Source: a virus
Taxonomy: Duplodnaviria > Caudoviricetes
Length of the DNA: 64,000 nucleotides
Virus record (IMG/VR): IMGVR_UViG_3300049488_000018
Location: 7,279-71,278 of that record
Strand: one strand, 5' to 3'
A program made the position numbers and the translations under genes. How positions within the stretch are numbered: position 1 is the stretch's first letter; every line of letters begins with the position of its first letter. Under the pieces are notes generated by a model. The model was given only the letters and a program-made list of their open reading frames with translations. It did no database searches and was not told the DNA's origin. This document shows positions 44,239 to 54,057 of the stretch, piece by piece.

Positions 44239-47043
44239 ATGGAACTTATCGACCAAACTATAGTTGATGCTAACACACAGTCGGCTTTTAATATTGGACC
44301 TACTATAAGACACGTAACTGTGAGCACTGAAGTTGCTACCATACCTCTATTTGCATCAGATAGACAGATAAACCCAATAACACTCGCATGCACGGTAACT
44401 CAAGACGAGACTGGAGATATAGTCCCTAGCACTATAGTTTATCGCATAAACCAGCCTGATAGCGCTAAAGATAAGTATTATCCATTTGAGATTTGCGTTC
44501 AGTTTACTCCAGATAGATTTGATACTTATACTATCAACTTTATCCCTACTCCATATACAGATTATCAATATCGACTTAATTCTAACTTCGTACCTGATGG
44601 CCCTCCTCCAAATGGATTCTTCTACAGATGGGCACCGATGTCACCTGACGCAGTGCCAACCTGGACAAATGTAACTGGTGGTCAGTACTGGTATGCCTAT
44701 GGAGACAACTTCCAATATGGCTATGGTGGGGGCTATCATCAGGTAGGGTCTTGGGGCAACTGGACACAGGATATCTGGCAGTTAAATGGCTATAGAGAAA
44801 TGACAATGGAAGTCGACTCATCACTTCCTCCTGGATATACAAAGCTTAGAATTACCTTAGTAGAAGAGCCTGGATATGAGAGTGGAAATCCTGGCACCAC
44901 TGTATATGTGACTCCTAATGGTGATACAAACCTAACACAGACATTGGGATGGGATAGCAATAATGACGCTATCTGGTTGGTAGAGTTTGATATAACTCAG
45001 TTAGACTTCATAAACTTTCAAGAAGACGGAGACGGTACAGCCACTTTCATATTAGAGTTACTGTGCCCTCCTGATTATTTACAGTTACAATATTTCTATG
45101 AAAGGCCAGACAATATATCTGTAGGGTGGGATGAGTATGCGGATGTAATTGTCAATGGAGTGCTACATATAGCGCGAGCTAATGACCATGGCCTATATAA
45201 TAGTGCGGTAGAAGGATCTTATGGTGATGTAGGATGGCAGGGCCCTGCTGGGACCCTATGGGCGCTAGAGGGCTATCATGGCAATCCAGAAGGTACAGCC
45301 TTTAACCTAGACAATGTGCAAAACTTTTTCTTTACTAGCTGGGAAGAGTCTTCTAATGCACATCCACCTAGCATGGAAGGTAATACCCAAATAATATGGA
45401 TTGTAGAAAGTAACACATTCCTTTATTGTCATGGGGTTTCCTGGACACGCGAGGGTGGTGGTGGGTTCTCATATTGGAGATCGCCTACAGATGTAGATCC
45501 AGAAGCAGTATATATTCCGCCAAGAGACATACCTGCTGGGTGGATATTGTTTAATAAGCCTCCAGATGTGGATAATACAGAAGAATATAGGGATATGGTA
45601 TGCGACGAGCTGTACCTTGCAAGAGGCGATTCTCAAGGCCTTTATAATGACTCAGTAGAGAGTTTCTATAATGACGTAGGCAATAATGGCCCTGCAGATA
45701 CTTTATGGGCAGTACAAGGGTGTGGGAGCAACTCCGCATTAAGGCCAGATGAGTTAACTGTAGAGAATGCAGAATTTCTCTTCTGGGAAAGCTGGAAAGA
45801 TGCAAGCGGCGGACATCCTCCTGCTGCTCAAGGCATGCCAGCTATTTGTAGGATTTTAACTTTAGACGGTAAATATTTCCTCAATAAAATGATAAGATGG
45901 GATGCCGGTGAAGAGTTTAGCAGACCCGGTTTTAGTTTAATGCGTACTGGCCTACTAGATGGATTTGTATTTCCTCCACCACCTCCTCCATATGTAGACC
46001 CAACATCAGTGACATGGGAACTTACAAATCCTGGTGAGTGGATTGCAGGTGTGTTTGACAGGACAGTTAATGATTATATGATTGTATCCATTGATGAAAC
46101 ATTTAACCCTCGAGTTGTTAGAACATATGTTATTAATAAATCAGACTATTCAATAGCTTATCAGTGGGGCGCATATAGTACACAATCTGGCAAAAGTCTT
46201 GGTAGCAATTATGCATCAGGATGGAATGGCACTAAAGTCTTTGCTCAAATGGGCAATGGAACATTAAATTGGTGGGATCCGGTAAATCAGACAAGTAGTG
46301 AAGGCTCAACTGTTATGCTGCCTGGCAATTTCCCTAGTACTATGGCAGCTCTTAACGATTTTGTTTTTCTTGGTGACTATGAATGGGCACCTTGGGGCCA
46401 TTATGATCTTAATAAGTTCAATGCTAGTGGAACTAAAACCGCAGAGAGTTTATCATTAGGATTCACAATTTATGATATATTCGTAGCTAAATCAGGTGCT
46501 ATCTTTGCAGCTGGAAGCCAAGGGACACCGAACACTACAGTTACTGGCCCAAGTGTATGTAAACTTAATCCAGCATTAGCAATATCATGGACTTATACTT
46601 TTAACTCTGGCGGAGGATTTGGTGGAGAAATCCCAATGGCATATAATGAACTATCTGGTGCGGCAGGTATATTATACGTAGCAGACTTCTATAATGGGAA
46701 ACTCTATGTAATTAATACAAACACTGGAGTTGAAATAAGAATAACTAACATGACAGATATCGACACAGATACTAGTCAGGGAGTATTGAGAATCCAGAGA
46801 TTGGCGGCTGATGCAACTGGTGTGTATGCGCTATCTAGTAAATATAATGATGGTGCGCAGAAAGTATTCTTTATATCAGCAGATGGAGCAACAGTAACTA
46901 AGGTGGCTGAATTACGGGCTGGCAATGAATACAATTCAACTTATAAGTGGATATTTATAAATAATAATGATATAGTACTTACAACTAGCGGTGATACTGA
47001 AATGATGATTTACCCAAGAGTAGTCAAGGTGCCAAAAATATAA
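44239..47043 (+). CDS. Large virion surface protein (934 aa) with an internal duplicated domain and C-terminal beta-propeller-like region
   Basis: Two ~115-aa repeats (ARANDHGLYNS..GPAGTLWA / ARGDSQGLYND..GPADTLWA); Pro-rich linker; beta-rich C-terminus. Confidence 0.7.
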   Translation: MELIDQTIVDANTQSAFNIGPTIRHVTVSTEVATIPLFASDRQINPITLACTVTQDETGDIVPSTIVYRINQPDSAKDKYYPFEICVQFTPDRFDTYTINFIPTPYTDYQYRLNSNFVPDGPPPNGFFYRWAPMSPDAVPTWTNVTGGQYWYAYGDNFQYGYGGGYHQVGSWGNWTQDIWQLNGYREMTMEVDSSLPPGYTKLRITLVEEPGYESGNPGTTVYVTPNGDTNLTQTLGWDSNNDAIWLVEFDITQLDFINFQEDGDGTATFILELLCPPDYLQLQYFYERPDNISVGWDEYADVIVNGVLHIARANDHGLYNSAVEGSYGDVGWQGPAGTLWALEGYHGNPEGTAFNLDNVQNFFFTSWEESSNAHPPSMEGNTQIIWIVESNTFLYCHGVSWTREGGGGFSYWRSPTDVDPEAVYIPPRDIPAGWILFNKPPDVDNTEEYRDMVCDELYLARGDSQGLYNDSVESFYNDVGNNGPADTLWAVQGCGSNSALRPDELTVENAEFLFWESWKDASGGHPPAAQGMPAICRILTLDGKYFLNKMIRWDAGEEFSRPGFSLMRTGLLDGFVFPPPPPPYVDPTSVTWELTNPGEWIAGVFDRTVNDYMIVSIDETFNPRVVRTYVINKSDYSIAYQWGAYSTQSGKSLGSNYASGWNGTKVFAQMGNGTLNWWDPVNQTSSEGSTVMLPGNFPSTMAALNDFVFLGDYEWAPWGHYDLNKFNASGTKTAESLSLGFTIYDIFVAKSGAIFAAGSQGTPNTTVTGPSVCKLNPALAISWTYTFNSGGGFGGEIPMAYNELSGAAGILYVADFYNGKLYVINTNTGVEIRITNMTDIDTDTSQGVLRIQRLAADATGVYALSSKYNDGAQKVFFISADGATVTKVAELRAGNEYNSTYKWIFINNNDIVLTTSGDTEMMIYPRVVKVPKI

Positions 47044-47076
47044 CAACACCTTTATTAACAGGCAGGAGAGTTTCTT

Positions 47077-47262
47077 ATGGAAAATCTAGAAGATGGCAAG
47101 ATATATATTAAACCTGAGAACAGAGGCAAGTTCACAGCAACAAAGGCAAAGACTGGTAAGTCTACTGCCGAGTTGACACATAGTAAAAATCCAGTTACGA
47201 AGAAGCGTGCAATATTCGCTCAAAACGCCGCCTCGTGGAATCATGGCGGTAAAAAGAAATAG
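47077..47262 (+). CDS. Small basic phage protein (61 aa)
   Basis: IYIKPENRGKFTA..KKRAIFAQNAASW; GGAG RBS. Confidence 0.75.
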   Translation: MENLEDGKIYIKPENRGKFTATKAKTGKSTAELTHSKNPVTKKRAIFAQNAASWNHGGKKK

Positions 47263-47271
47263 GAGACTATC

Positions 47272-47412
47272 ATGGGAAAATTCGTACCATTCGGCAAGAA
47301 AGAGGAAAAAGGCAAAGAGAAGGCTCCAGCTAAAGGTGGTAAGCCTAATCCTTTCGAGAAAAAAGCAGGCGCTAAACCAGCACCAGCTAAAGACATGAAG
47401 AAAAAATGCTAG
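47272..47412 (+). CDS. Lys/Gly/Pro-rich micro-protein (46 aa)
   Basis: MGKFVPFGKKEEKGKEKAPAKGGKPNPFEKKAGAKPAPAKDMKKKC; AGGAG RBS. Confidence 0.7.
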   Translation: MGKFVPFGKKEEKGKEKAPAKGGKPNPFEKKAGAKPAPAKDMKKKC

Positions 47413-47435
47413 AAGCAGGGGGAATAGGTTACGGT

Positions 47436-47582
47436 ATGCCAAAAAGCAAAACAGCAGGTAAAGGCAAAACTGGAATGGGCGGGCCTGTTACTATTTCAAG
47501 TAAGGCTCCTAAGAAACCAGTCGAGATCAATAAGAAGCCAACAGCTTCTATAACTACACCGATGAAGAAGAAGGGGAAATAA
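47436..47582 (+). CDS. Lys/Gly/Pro-rich micro-protein (48 aa; alternative in-frame ATG at 47406)
   Basis: MPKSKTAGKGKTGMGGPVTISSKAPKKPVEINKKPTASITTPMKKKGK. Confidence 0.6.
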   Translation: MPKSKTAGKGKTGMGGPVTISSKAPKKPVEINKKPTASITTPMKKKGK

Positions 47583-47583
47583 G

Positions 47584-47763
47584 ATGGCAAAAGGAACAGC
47601 AGGTAAATTAGTTAGTGGAACAACCCAGCTTAAGTCTGGCGGGAAAATGAAAGCTGGTGGTGGAACTGCTACTGGTATCAATCATACTAAGTCTCCTGGG
47701 AACAAGAAAGAGACAGGTCTTGGTAATTCAATGAAGCAAGGTGCTGGCAAGGGAAAAAAGTAA
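47584..47763 (+). CDS. Lys/Gly-rich micro-protein (59 aa)
   Basis: MAKGTAGKLVSGTTQLKSGGKMKAGGG...KQGAGKGKK; AAGGGG upstream. Confidence 0.65.
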   Translation: MAKGTAGKLVSGTTQLKSGGKMKAGGGTATGINHTKSPGNKKETGLGNSMKQGAGKGKK

Positions 47764-47840
47764 AAGGCCCTTCTAAGAATATTGGGCAGATGCCTGTTAT
47801 GGGTCCGTTTGATAAATACAAGGGCAATGGATTTTAGGTT

Positions 47841-47870
47841 ATGTGGGGCTACTTAATTGTAGCCCCATAT
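47841..47870 (+). terminator. 12-bp hairpin after the basic micro-gene cluster
   Basis: ATGTGGGGCTAC-TTAATT-GTAGCCCCATAT; weak U tract. Confidence 0.5.
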
Positions 47871-47883
47871 TTAAGGAGCTTCA

Positions 47884-49974
47884 GTGATACAAACACTAGT
47901 TAGAAAATTTGGTGGCCTTGTTGATATACAGGGTTGGTTTCCTGGAGCTGTTCTGGCTAGAAAGGCTGACAACACTGGATTCGAATGGGTAGTTATGTCT
48001 AGTGGGGGTGGTGGCGTTAGCCAGGTATCTTCTGACTGGAACGCAACTTCTGGCTTTACAATGATCCTTAATAAGCCGACTATCCCCACAACTCCAAGCC
48101 AAATTGGTGCTGAACCAGCTAATGCTAATATCCAGACTCATGTAACTAGTCCTCACGCACCTGCGAACGCGCAACGCAACGTACAAGCAGATTGGAATGC
48201 CGTAGCTGGCGATTCCCTCATTTTAAATAAGCCTACTATCCCAACTCAATATACTGATACGCTAGCTGACCTAAGGGTTGTTGCAGGCATAACAAATAAA
48301 GTTGATAAGGTAACAGGCAAAGATCTTTCTACAAATGATTATACAACTGTTGAGAAAAACAAACTTGCAGGTATTGCCTCAGGAGCAGAGGTCAATGTAA
48401 ATGCTGACTGGAATGCTACTAATGGCGATGCGCAAATACTCAATAAACCGAGTATTCCCACTCAATATACTGACGCCATGGCGGATGCCAGAGTTGTCGC
48501 TGGTATTACTGGCAAGGTAGATAATACTGTTACAGTAAATGGCCAGGCGCTTTCTTCTAATGTCACATTGGCGGCTATTGATATTGGCTATACAGATCCA
48601 ACACTCACAAATGTTAAGCTAGCATTAGACCAGCACACCAGCTTATTAAGCTTACTCGCCCCAGCTAAGCCAGCCAACCTATCAGCGAATACAATGTCAG
48701 TGGCTGGAACTTATACTGCCAAAGAAAGTTCTACTGGCACAGTAAGATCTGGAATTATAAATAGCACTACACCTACTGTAACATGCAGTGCTGCATTTTA
48801 TGACGGAGACTCTGGAACACTAACAGCCTTAGTAGATTCACTTGCATCTGGCTCAAGAGTACTTACAACAGCAGACGATAGTGGAACCTACACCTGGCTT
48901 AGAATACTAACAGATACAGATCCATATGTTGGTCAGTTCGGGAAGCAGGGCTTCTATAAGCAGTTGACTGCTTCTATTGTGCCTGCCGCACAGACATTGA
49001 AGGTTGCGCATACTTTTGCTCTGTCTCACTCATCTACCGGAACTACTCCTGCCCTTACTATATATTGTGATAATCCTAGCACACCTAATATAACAGCACA
49101 GGCCGTAAGCGGCGTTTTACATACAAGCCTTAAGAGACTATCCGGGATACCATGCTTAGCTTCTGGAGACGTAATACAGGCTTCCTGTACCGGTAATTTG
49201 ACCACCCATTCATTCTATAACAGCACAAGAGTAATTGCATTCTCTGGCGCAAATATAACAACACTGAATTATACACCAGGTACTCCGCCAACTTCTGGTG
49301 CTGCAGTCGCTACTGGAACTCAAAACTTAACTGTGTCGGCCGGATCATCTACTGGAGCAGTTATAACATGTACGGCTTACAACTCTATAGGCACTACTGG
49401 GACTGCCAACATAAATTCCAGTGTAAGAGTAAGCGTAAGTGCCACTGAGACGATCAGAGTTAAGTCAGGAACGACTGATATGCCAGCGGGAGGGTATGGA
49501 GCTGCATATGATAGTTCAGAGCTTCTAACGGCCAATTCAGAGCTTCAGATGGAAGTAGACGGAAGATTCTTATATCCGCCTGCTACTAATTATACAGGGG
49601 TAATGCCAGCAGGGCCTAATTACTCAACTGGGCTAGGTGCCTCTGACAGATATGCGACCTTCAACCTAGGCGCATTTAACGGCACTTCTAGGACTATTAC
49701 TATAAATGGCGCAGTAAACTTTGGTGCATCAGCTCTTATAGCTGGACTAAAGATGTGGGCCAAGGTTGATAGCGTAACTGGATGGGTAGATTTAAATGCT
49801 GCTTATCCAGGTGTAGGTAATCCTTTTGGGAATGGAGACCCAGCATTGGTAGTGGCAAGTTCTACAGCTACTAGCAGAGCGCTAACCTTCGGATCGGCAG
49901 TTAGAGTAGGTACTTTATTTGTGAGGATAGCATTACCATCTGGTTCAACTAAGACTTTCACGAGCGTGTCCTAA
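47884..49974 (+). CDS. Fibre-like virion protein (696 aa)
   Basis: Three DWNA..G...ILNKP(T/S)IPT repeats; Thr/Gly/Ser-rich. Confidence 0.75.
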   Translation: MIQTLVRKFGGLVDIQGWFPGAVLARKADNTGFEWVVMSSGGGGVSQVSSDWNATSGFTMILNKPTIPTTPSQIGAEPANANIQTHVTSPHAPANAQRNVQADWNAVAGDSLILNKPTIPTQYTDTLADLRVVAGITNKVDKVTGKDLSTNDYTTVEKNKLAGIASGAEVNVNADWNATNGDAQILNKPSIPTQYTDAMADARVVAGITGKVDNTVTVNGQALSSNVTLAAIDIGYTDPTLTNVKLALDQHTSLLSLLAPAKPANLSANTMSVAGTYTAKESSTGTVRSGIINSTTPTVTCSAAFYDGDSGTLTALVDSLASGSRVLTTADDSGTYTWLRILTDTDPYVGQFGKQGFYKQLTASIVPAAQTLKVAHTFALSHSSTGTTPALTIYCDNPSTPNITAQAVSGVLHTSLKRLSGIPCLASGDVIQASCTGNLTTHSFYNSTRVIAFSGANITTLNYTPGTPPTSGAAVATGTQNLTVSAGSSTGAVITCTAYNSIGTTGTANINSSVRVSVSATETIRVKSGTTDMPAGGYGAAYDSSELLTANSELQMEVDGRFLYPPATNYTGVMPAGPNYSTGLGASDRYATFNLGAFNGTSRTITINGAVNFGASALIAGLKMWAKVDSVTGWVDLNAAYPGVGNPFGNGDPALVVASSTATSRALTFGSAVRVGTLFVRIALPSGSTKTFTSVS

Positions 49975-50708
49975 TGTCTATTACAACAGCACAGCAAGCA
50001 GATGCTCTTTTTAAGGCATCACTGGGAGTTTCGAACCCTAGACCAGCTAACCAGTTCTTCGAGCAGCCGGTTAAGGCAGCTCCTGTTGTTTTACCAAGTT
50101 CGATATGGGCAGATGAGTCTTTAATACCTAATACTGCTCCAGTTTTAACCGATCAGCAGACTTCTGGAGTTGTGAAAAAGTGGGTTGACCTGTCATTAAC
50201 ACTTGTGAGCGGATCCTCTCAGGCATATTCACATGCTAATTTAAATAATGTAATACCATTTAACTACGGTGATGGCACCTCATATAACTACACAGTTAAG
50301 GGCAATGATAATAGCGCTATACCTTTCGGAACAAATGATTGGGTTTTACAAAACAATGTGCTAGTATTCTATGCAGGGATAGCTGGGCTGTCAACTCCAC
50401 CTAAAATAACATTCTATCAGTATGTAGGCACAATAGGTATACCAGTCTCTACTGGTGGAACAGTTACCAAAGTAGTCGACGATAGATCTTCAGCAATAAT
50501 CTCTAATGGCCAGCTAACAGTAACCTCATCACAACAGTTTAAGCTTGGAACATTATCATTACATTTGAATGGGATAGGGCAGATAGTTGGAGTGACTAAC
50601 GACTATATAGTAACAGACAATGGTACCAATGGTACGGGAATAACGATGAACAGCGCCATGCCACTTGAGCCTGGAGATCATCTACTCCTAGAATACGAGT
50701 TACCTTAA
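49974..50708 (+). CDS. Virion structural protein (244 aa)
   Basis: TAATG coupling; beta-rich; C-terminal LHLNG..Q..DY..T..ITM..D.L..EY module. Confidence 0.7.
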   Translation: MSITTAQQADALFKASLGVSNPRPANQFFEQPVKAAPVVLPSSIWADESLIPNTAPVLTDQQTSGVVKKWVDLSLTLVSGSSQAYSHANLNNVIPFNYGDGTSYNYTVKGNDNSAIPFGTNDWVLQNNVLVFYAGIAGLSTPPKITFYQYVGTIGIPVSTGGTVTKVVDDRSSAIISNGQLTVTSSQQFKLGTLSLHLNGIGQIVGVTNDYIVTDNGTNGTGITMNSAMPLEPGDHLLLEYELP

Positions 50709-50718
50709 TGGAGAGAGT

Positions 50719-51075
50719 ATGCCAGTAACAAAGATAAAAGGAAAACAAATTGCGGATGCTACCGCGAATGACGGCATTGTAGATGCACAAATTAAAGATG
50801 GAGCAGCGATTGCGCCATCTAAGGTTAATGGCCTAGAAAGCTTTATGAATCAGGAGGTTGCATTCTACTATGACGGGACAGTTGGAAGTTCTTCACAGTG
50901 GAATATCACACACAATCTCAATCAGGACTTAGTAACAATTATGATTAAGGATACTGTACATCCACAGAATTCTTATATGGCTCAACAAATCGCAGATGTA
51001 ACCTACGTAAATGCTACAACGGTAAGATTAGATTTCCAAGCTCCGTTTAGCGGATATGCGTATATCTACAAATAA
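50719..51075 (+). CDS. Virion structural protein (118 aa)
   Basis: WNITHNLNQ..TVRLDFQAPFSGYAY module typical of fibre-associated proteins. Confidence 0.7.
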   Translation: MPVTKIKGKQIADATANDGIVDAQIKDGAAIAPSKVNGLESFMNQEVAFYYDGTVGSSSQWNITHNLNQDLVTIMIKDTVHPQNSYMAQQIADVTYVNATTVRLDFQAPFSGYAYIYK

Positions 51076-51091
51076 TATTAGTTAGGAGAGA

Positions 51092-53440
51092 ATGATGAAA
51101 TTTTTAAAAAACCTAGACCTAACCAATAATCAGCTCACAAATGCAGCGCTCCAGAACTTAGCATCTGACGGTACGCCTACCACTTATGGCCTGATTTGGT
51201 ACAACACAGCAACTAACCTGGTAAAGTATAACTCTGGAAACGGATCTACTATTATCAGATACCTGCTTCATGATGGTCTGCTTGGCGTAGCTAACGGGAT
51301 AGCAACCTTAGACGCATCAGTAAGACTAGTCCAGGATGCTAAAACCGCCTGGGACGGAGTAGGAAGTCGCTCCTTCTCTCAAACTCCAGGCAACAACACG
51401 GTAGTAGTTTCAGGTGCAACTGGCAAACTAGCATATGGCTGGTTCCCTACAATGGACCTCTTATTCGCAAATGCTCAGCCTACTGCCTCAGTAGCAATGA
51501 ACGGCCAGAGAATCACAGGAGTTCTATGTGATACTTCTTCTGCAGCTACTGATGTAGCTACACGTGGGTACGTAGACGGCATTGCACAAGGTCTTAAGAC
51601 CAAAGGCTCTGTAAGAGTAGCGACTATTGTAGACGCTGCAACATTTACAATTGCTGCAGGCGATGTAACATCTATCACAGGAACAACGATTGACGGTGTA
51701 GCTCTTATTGCTGGTGATCGCGTTCTTGTAAAAGATGCTCCAGTTTCTACTGGGATTGGCTCTGCTGGATCAACTCAACCCGCCAACGGTATTTATACCG
51801 TAGTTTCTGCTGCTGGCCCGATTACTCTTGCCCGCGCAGTTGACATGGACACATGGGCGGAAGTACCTGCCGCGTATGTATGGGTTGAAGAAGGAACTAC
51901 AAACGCAGATACTGGGTATGTTTGTACATCTAATACTGGTGGCACATTTAAGACAACCGGCATTACATTTACAAAGTTCGCTACATCTACTGGTCTTGCA
52001 AGTGGTGTTTCGGGTGGAACAACTAACTCAATCGTTTATCAGTCAGCTCCATCGACAACAAGCTTTATTGCCACTGTAAACAGCGCAATATTTACGACTA
52101 ACGGCTCTGGTGTCCCTTCATGGTCAACATCGGCAATCGCAGTTGCAAACGGCGGTACTGGCGCTCTTACATTTACAGCTGGATATCTCAAGGCTAACGG
52201 CACAACAGCATTCACCACTCTCGCAACTATTCCTAATACAGACGGTGGTACTGGATGGAACTCTTCTGGTGTTACTGGTATACCTTACATTGCCGCTGGA
52301 GTTTGGGGCTCTGCAACTGCAGCTAACATAGTAGGTGTCATCTCCACAACTGCAGTAACTAACGCTACAAACGCTACCAACCTTCTGATTGGAACACAGT
52401 ATCAGATTCCTTATCAGTCAGGTACAGGAACTACTACTTTCGCATCAGCAGCAGCTAACTCTGTCCTCGCAACAAACGGTTCAAATGTCCCGTCCCTAGT
52501 AAGAACACTCCCTGCTCTGCTTTCTGTTTCAACTGCTGCTACAGTATCAGCCGCTGGATCTACGCAGGGTACCGCAACCGTTCTAGGTGCTGACGTCAAT
52601 ATTGTAACAACAGTAGGCGCATCACAAGGTGTTCAGCTCCCAGTAGCAGTTGCCGGTATGAAAGTAACGGTAATCAATAAGGGTGCTAACATTCTTGCTG
52701 TGTACCCTGCGACTGGCGGAGCAATCGACGCTATTGCGACTAACACAGCGCAGAACCTTGCAGTTAACGGCATGCTTGAGTACACAGCTTCTTCAGCTAC
52801 TCAGTGGTACTCAACAACTAACACAGTTATCCCAGGCGTTGGGTCTGCTACAAACCTCACAGGTGGCGCCGCTAACCCGACAGTAGTTTACCAGTCAACA
52901 ACTGGTGTAACAGCTTATCTTGCGAACTCTGCTACTGCAGCCGTAATGATTCAAGCTGCCGCAGCTGCTGCTCCTTCATGGGTCCAATATCTGCCGACTT
53001 CTTATCTCGCACAGTTTACTGGCGGAGATGTAACATCTGCAGCAAATGGATCGGGCGTTCTGTCTATCGGAACAAACAAAGTAACCCTTACTCAGATGGC
53101 TCAGGTTGCCACGGCTACTATTTTAGGTAGATCTACCGCTGGTACTGGCAATGTGGAAGCTCTTACTGGCACACAAGCAAGAGCAATCATTGGATCGCCT
53201 AAGTCAGCAGTCTATACATGGACAAATGCTGATGGCGCAACAAAGACTATTGCTCACGGTCTTGGTGCAGTTGGAACCGTTGATGCGATTGTAAGAGTGT
53301 ACGACTCAGCAGTTTCTCCAGCTAATGAAGTTTACTGCGATGTAACACTAACAGATGCTGCTTCAGGGACAATTACACTTAGTGCATCAGCAGCTCCTGC
53401 AGTTTCTTACAGAGTTGTTGTATTATTCATCGGAGCGTAA
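51092..53440 (+). CDS. Fibre-like virion protein (782 aa)
   Basis: DVATRGYVD, DRVLVKD..NGIY, three YQS(A/G/T)..TT..P.W repeats; Thr/Ala/Gly-rich. Confidence 0.8.
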   Translation: MMKFLKNLDLTNNQLTNAALQNLASDGTPTTYGLIWYNTATNLVKYNSGNGSTIIRYLLHDGLLGVANGIATLDASVRLVQDAKTAWDGVGSRSFSQTPGNNTVVVSGATGKLAYGWFPTMDLLFANAQPTASVAMNGQRITGVLCDTSSAATDVATRGYVDGIAQGLKTKGSVRVATIVDAATFTIAAGDVTSITGTTIDGVALIAGDRVLVKDAPVSTGIGSAGSTQPANGIYTVVSAAGPITLARAVDMDTWAEVPAAYVWVEEGTTNADTGYVCTSNTGGTFKTTGITFTKFATSTGLASGVSGGTTNSIVYQSAPSTTSFIATVNSAIFTTNGSGVPSWSTSAIAVANGGTGALTFTAGYLKANGTTAFTTLATIPNTDGGTGWNSSGVTGIPYIAAGVWGSATAANIVGVISTTAVTNATNATNLLIGTQYQIPYQSGTGTTTFASAAANSVLATNGSNVPSLVRTLPALLSVSTAATVSAAGSTQGTATVLGADVNIVTTVGASQGVQLPVAVAGMKVTVINKGANILAVYPATGGAIDAIATNTAQNLAVNGMLEYTASSATQWYSTTNTVIPGVGSATNLTGGAANPTVVYQSTTGVTAYLANSATAAVMIQAAAAAAPSWVQYLPTSYLAQFTGGDVTSAANGSGVLSIGTNKVTLTQMAQVATATILGRSTAGTGNVEALTGTQARAIIGSPKSAVYTWTNADGATKTIAHGLGAVGTVDAIVRVYDSAVSPANEVYCDVTLTDAASGTITLSASAAPAVSYRVVVLFIGA

Positions 53441-53481
53441 TATAATACTAACTGTAGCTATCTTCCCTTAGAGGGTGAATA

Positions 53482-54057
53482 ATGGATTTTAAGAAAAGAC
53501 CTACTTATGTTAGTGGGAATTTAGAAATAGTTAGTGATAAGAATGCCAATAACGGATACTGCGGCCTGGATACAAACGCCAGAGTCGCGGTAGCCCGTCT
53601 TGCCTCAAATACACCTGCGGGCTTAGGCCTGCAGGTGCTTGCTGATAATCAAACCTTTGTCGAGTACATCCCAGCCATTAAGCTAAAGGCTACCACTACA
53701 GATGGCACCTCTACTGTTTTAACCACAGATGGTGGAGCTGCGGGTGCTAATCAGCTAATACTTGCTAATGATACAACTGTAACTTTCCGAGGGCAAATTG
53801 TCGCTCGTAATACCACATCCAATACAGACTCAATGGGGTTTGAATTTGCTGGTGTTATAAGACGGTCAACAAGTGCCTCAAACACATCTCTTATAGGAAC
53901 ACCATCTAAAACAACATTAGGTACAGATGGTAGTGCATGGACATTTGCTATAACTGCAGATACTACTAATGGTGGGCTCAAAGTGGCAGTAACTGGCGCA
54001 TCAGGCAAAACTATTGTTTGGGCTTGCTCAATTCAATACACAGGGGTAACTGGATAA
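53482..54057 (+). CDS. Fibre-associated protein (191 aa)
   Basis: KNANNGYCGLD motif; C-terminal beta-sandwich-like segment. Confidence 0.7.
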   Translation: MDFKKRPTYVSGNLEIVSDKNANNGYCGLDTNARVAVARLASNTPAGLGLQVLADNQTFVEYIPAIKLKATTTDGTSTVLTTDGGAAGANQLILANDTTVTFRGQIVARNTTSNTDSMGFEFAGVIRRSTSASNTSLIGTPSKTTLGTDGSAWTFAITADTTNGGLKVAVTGASGKTIVWACSIQYTGVTG

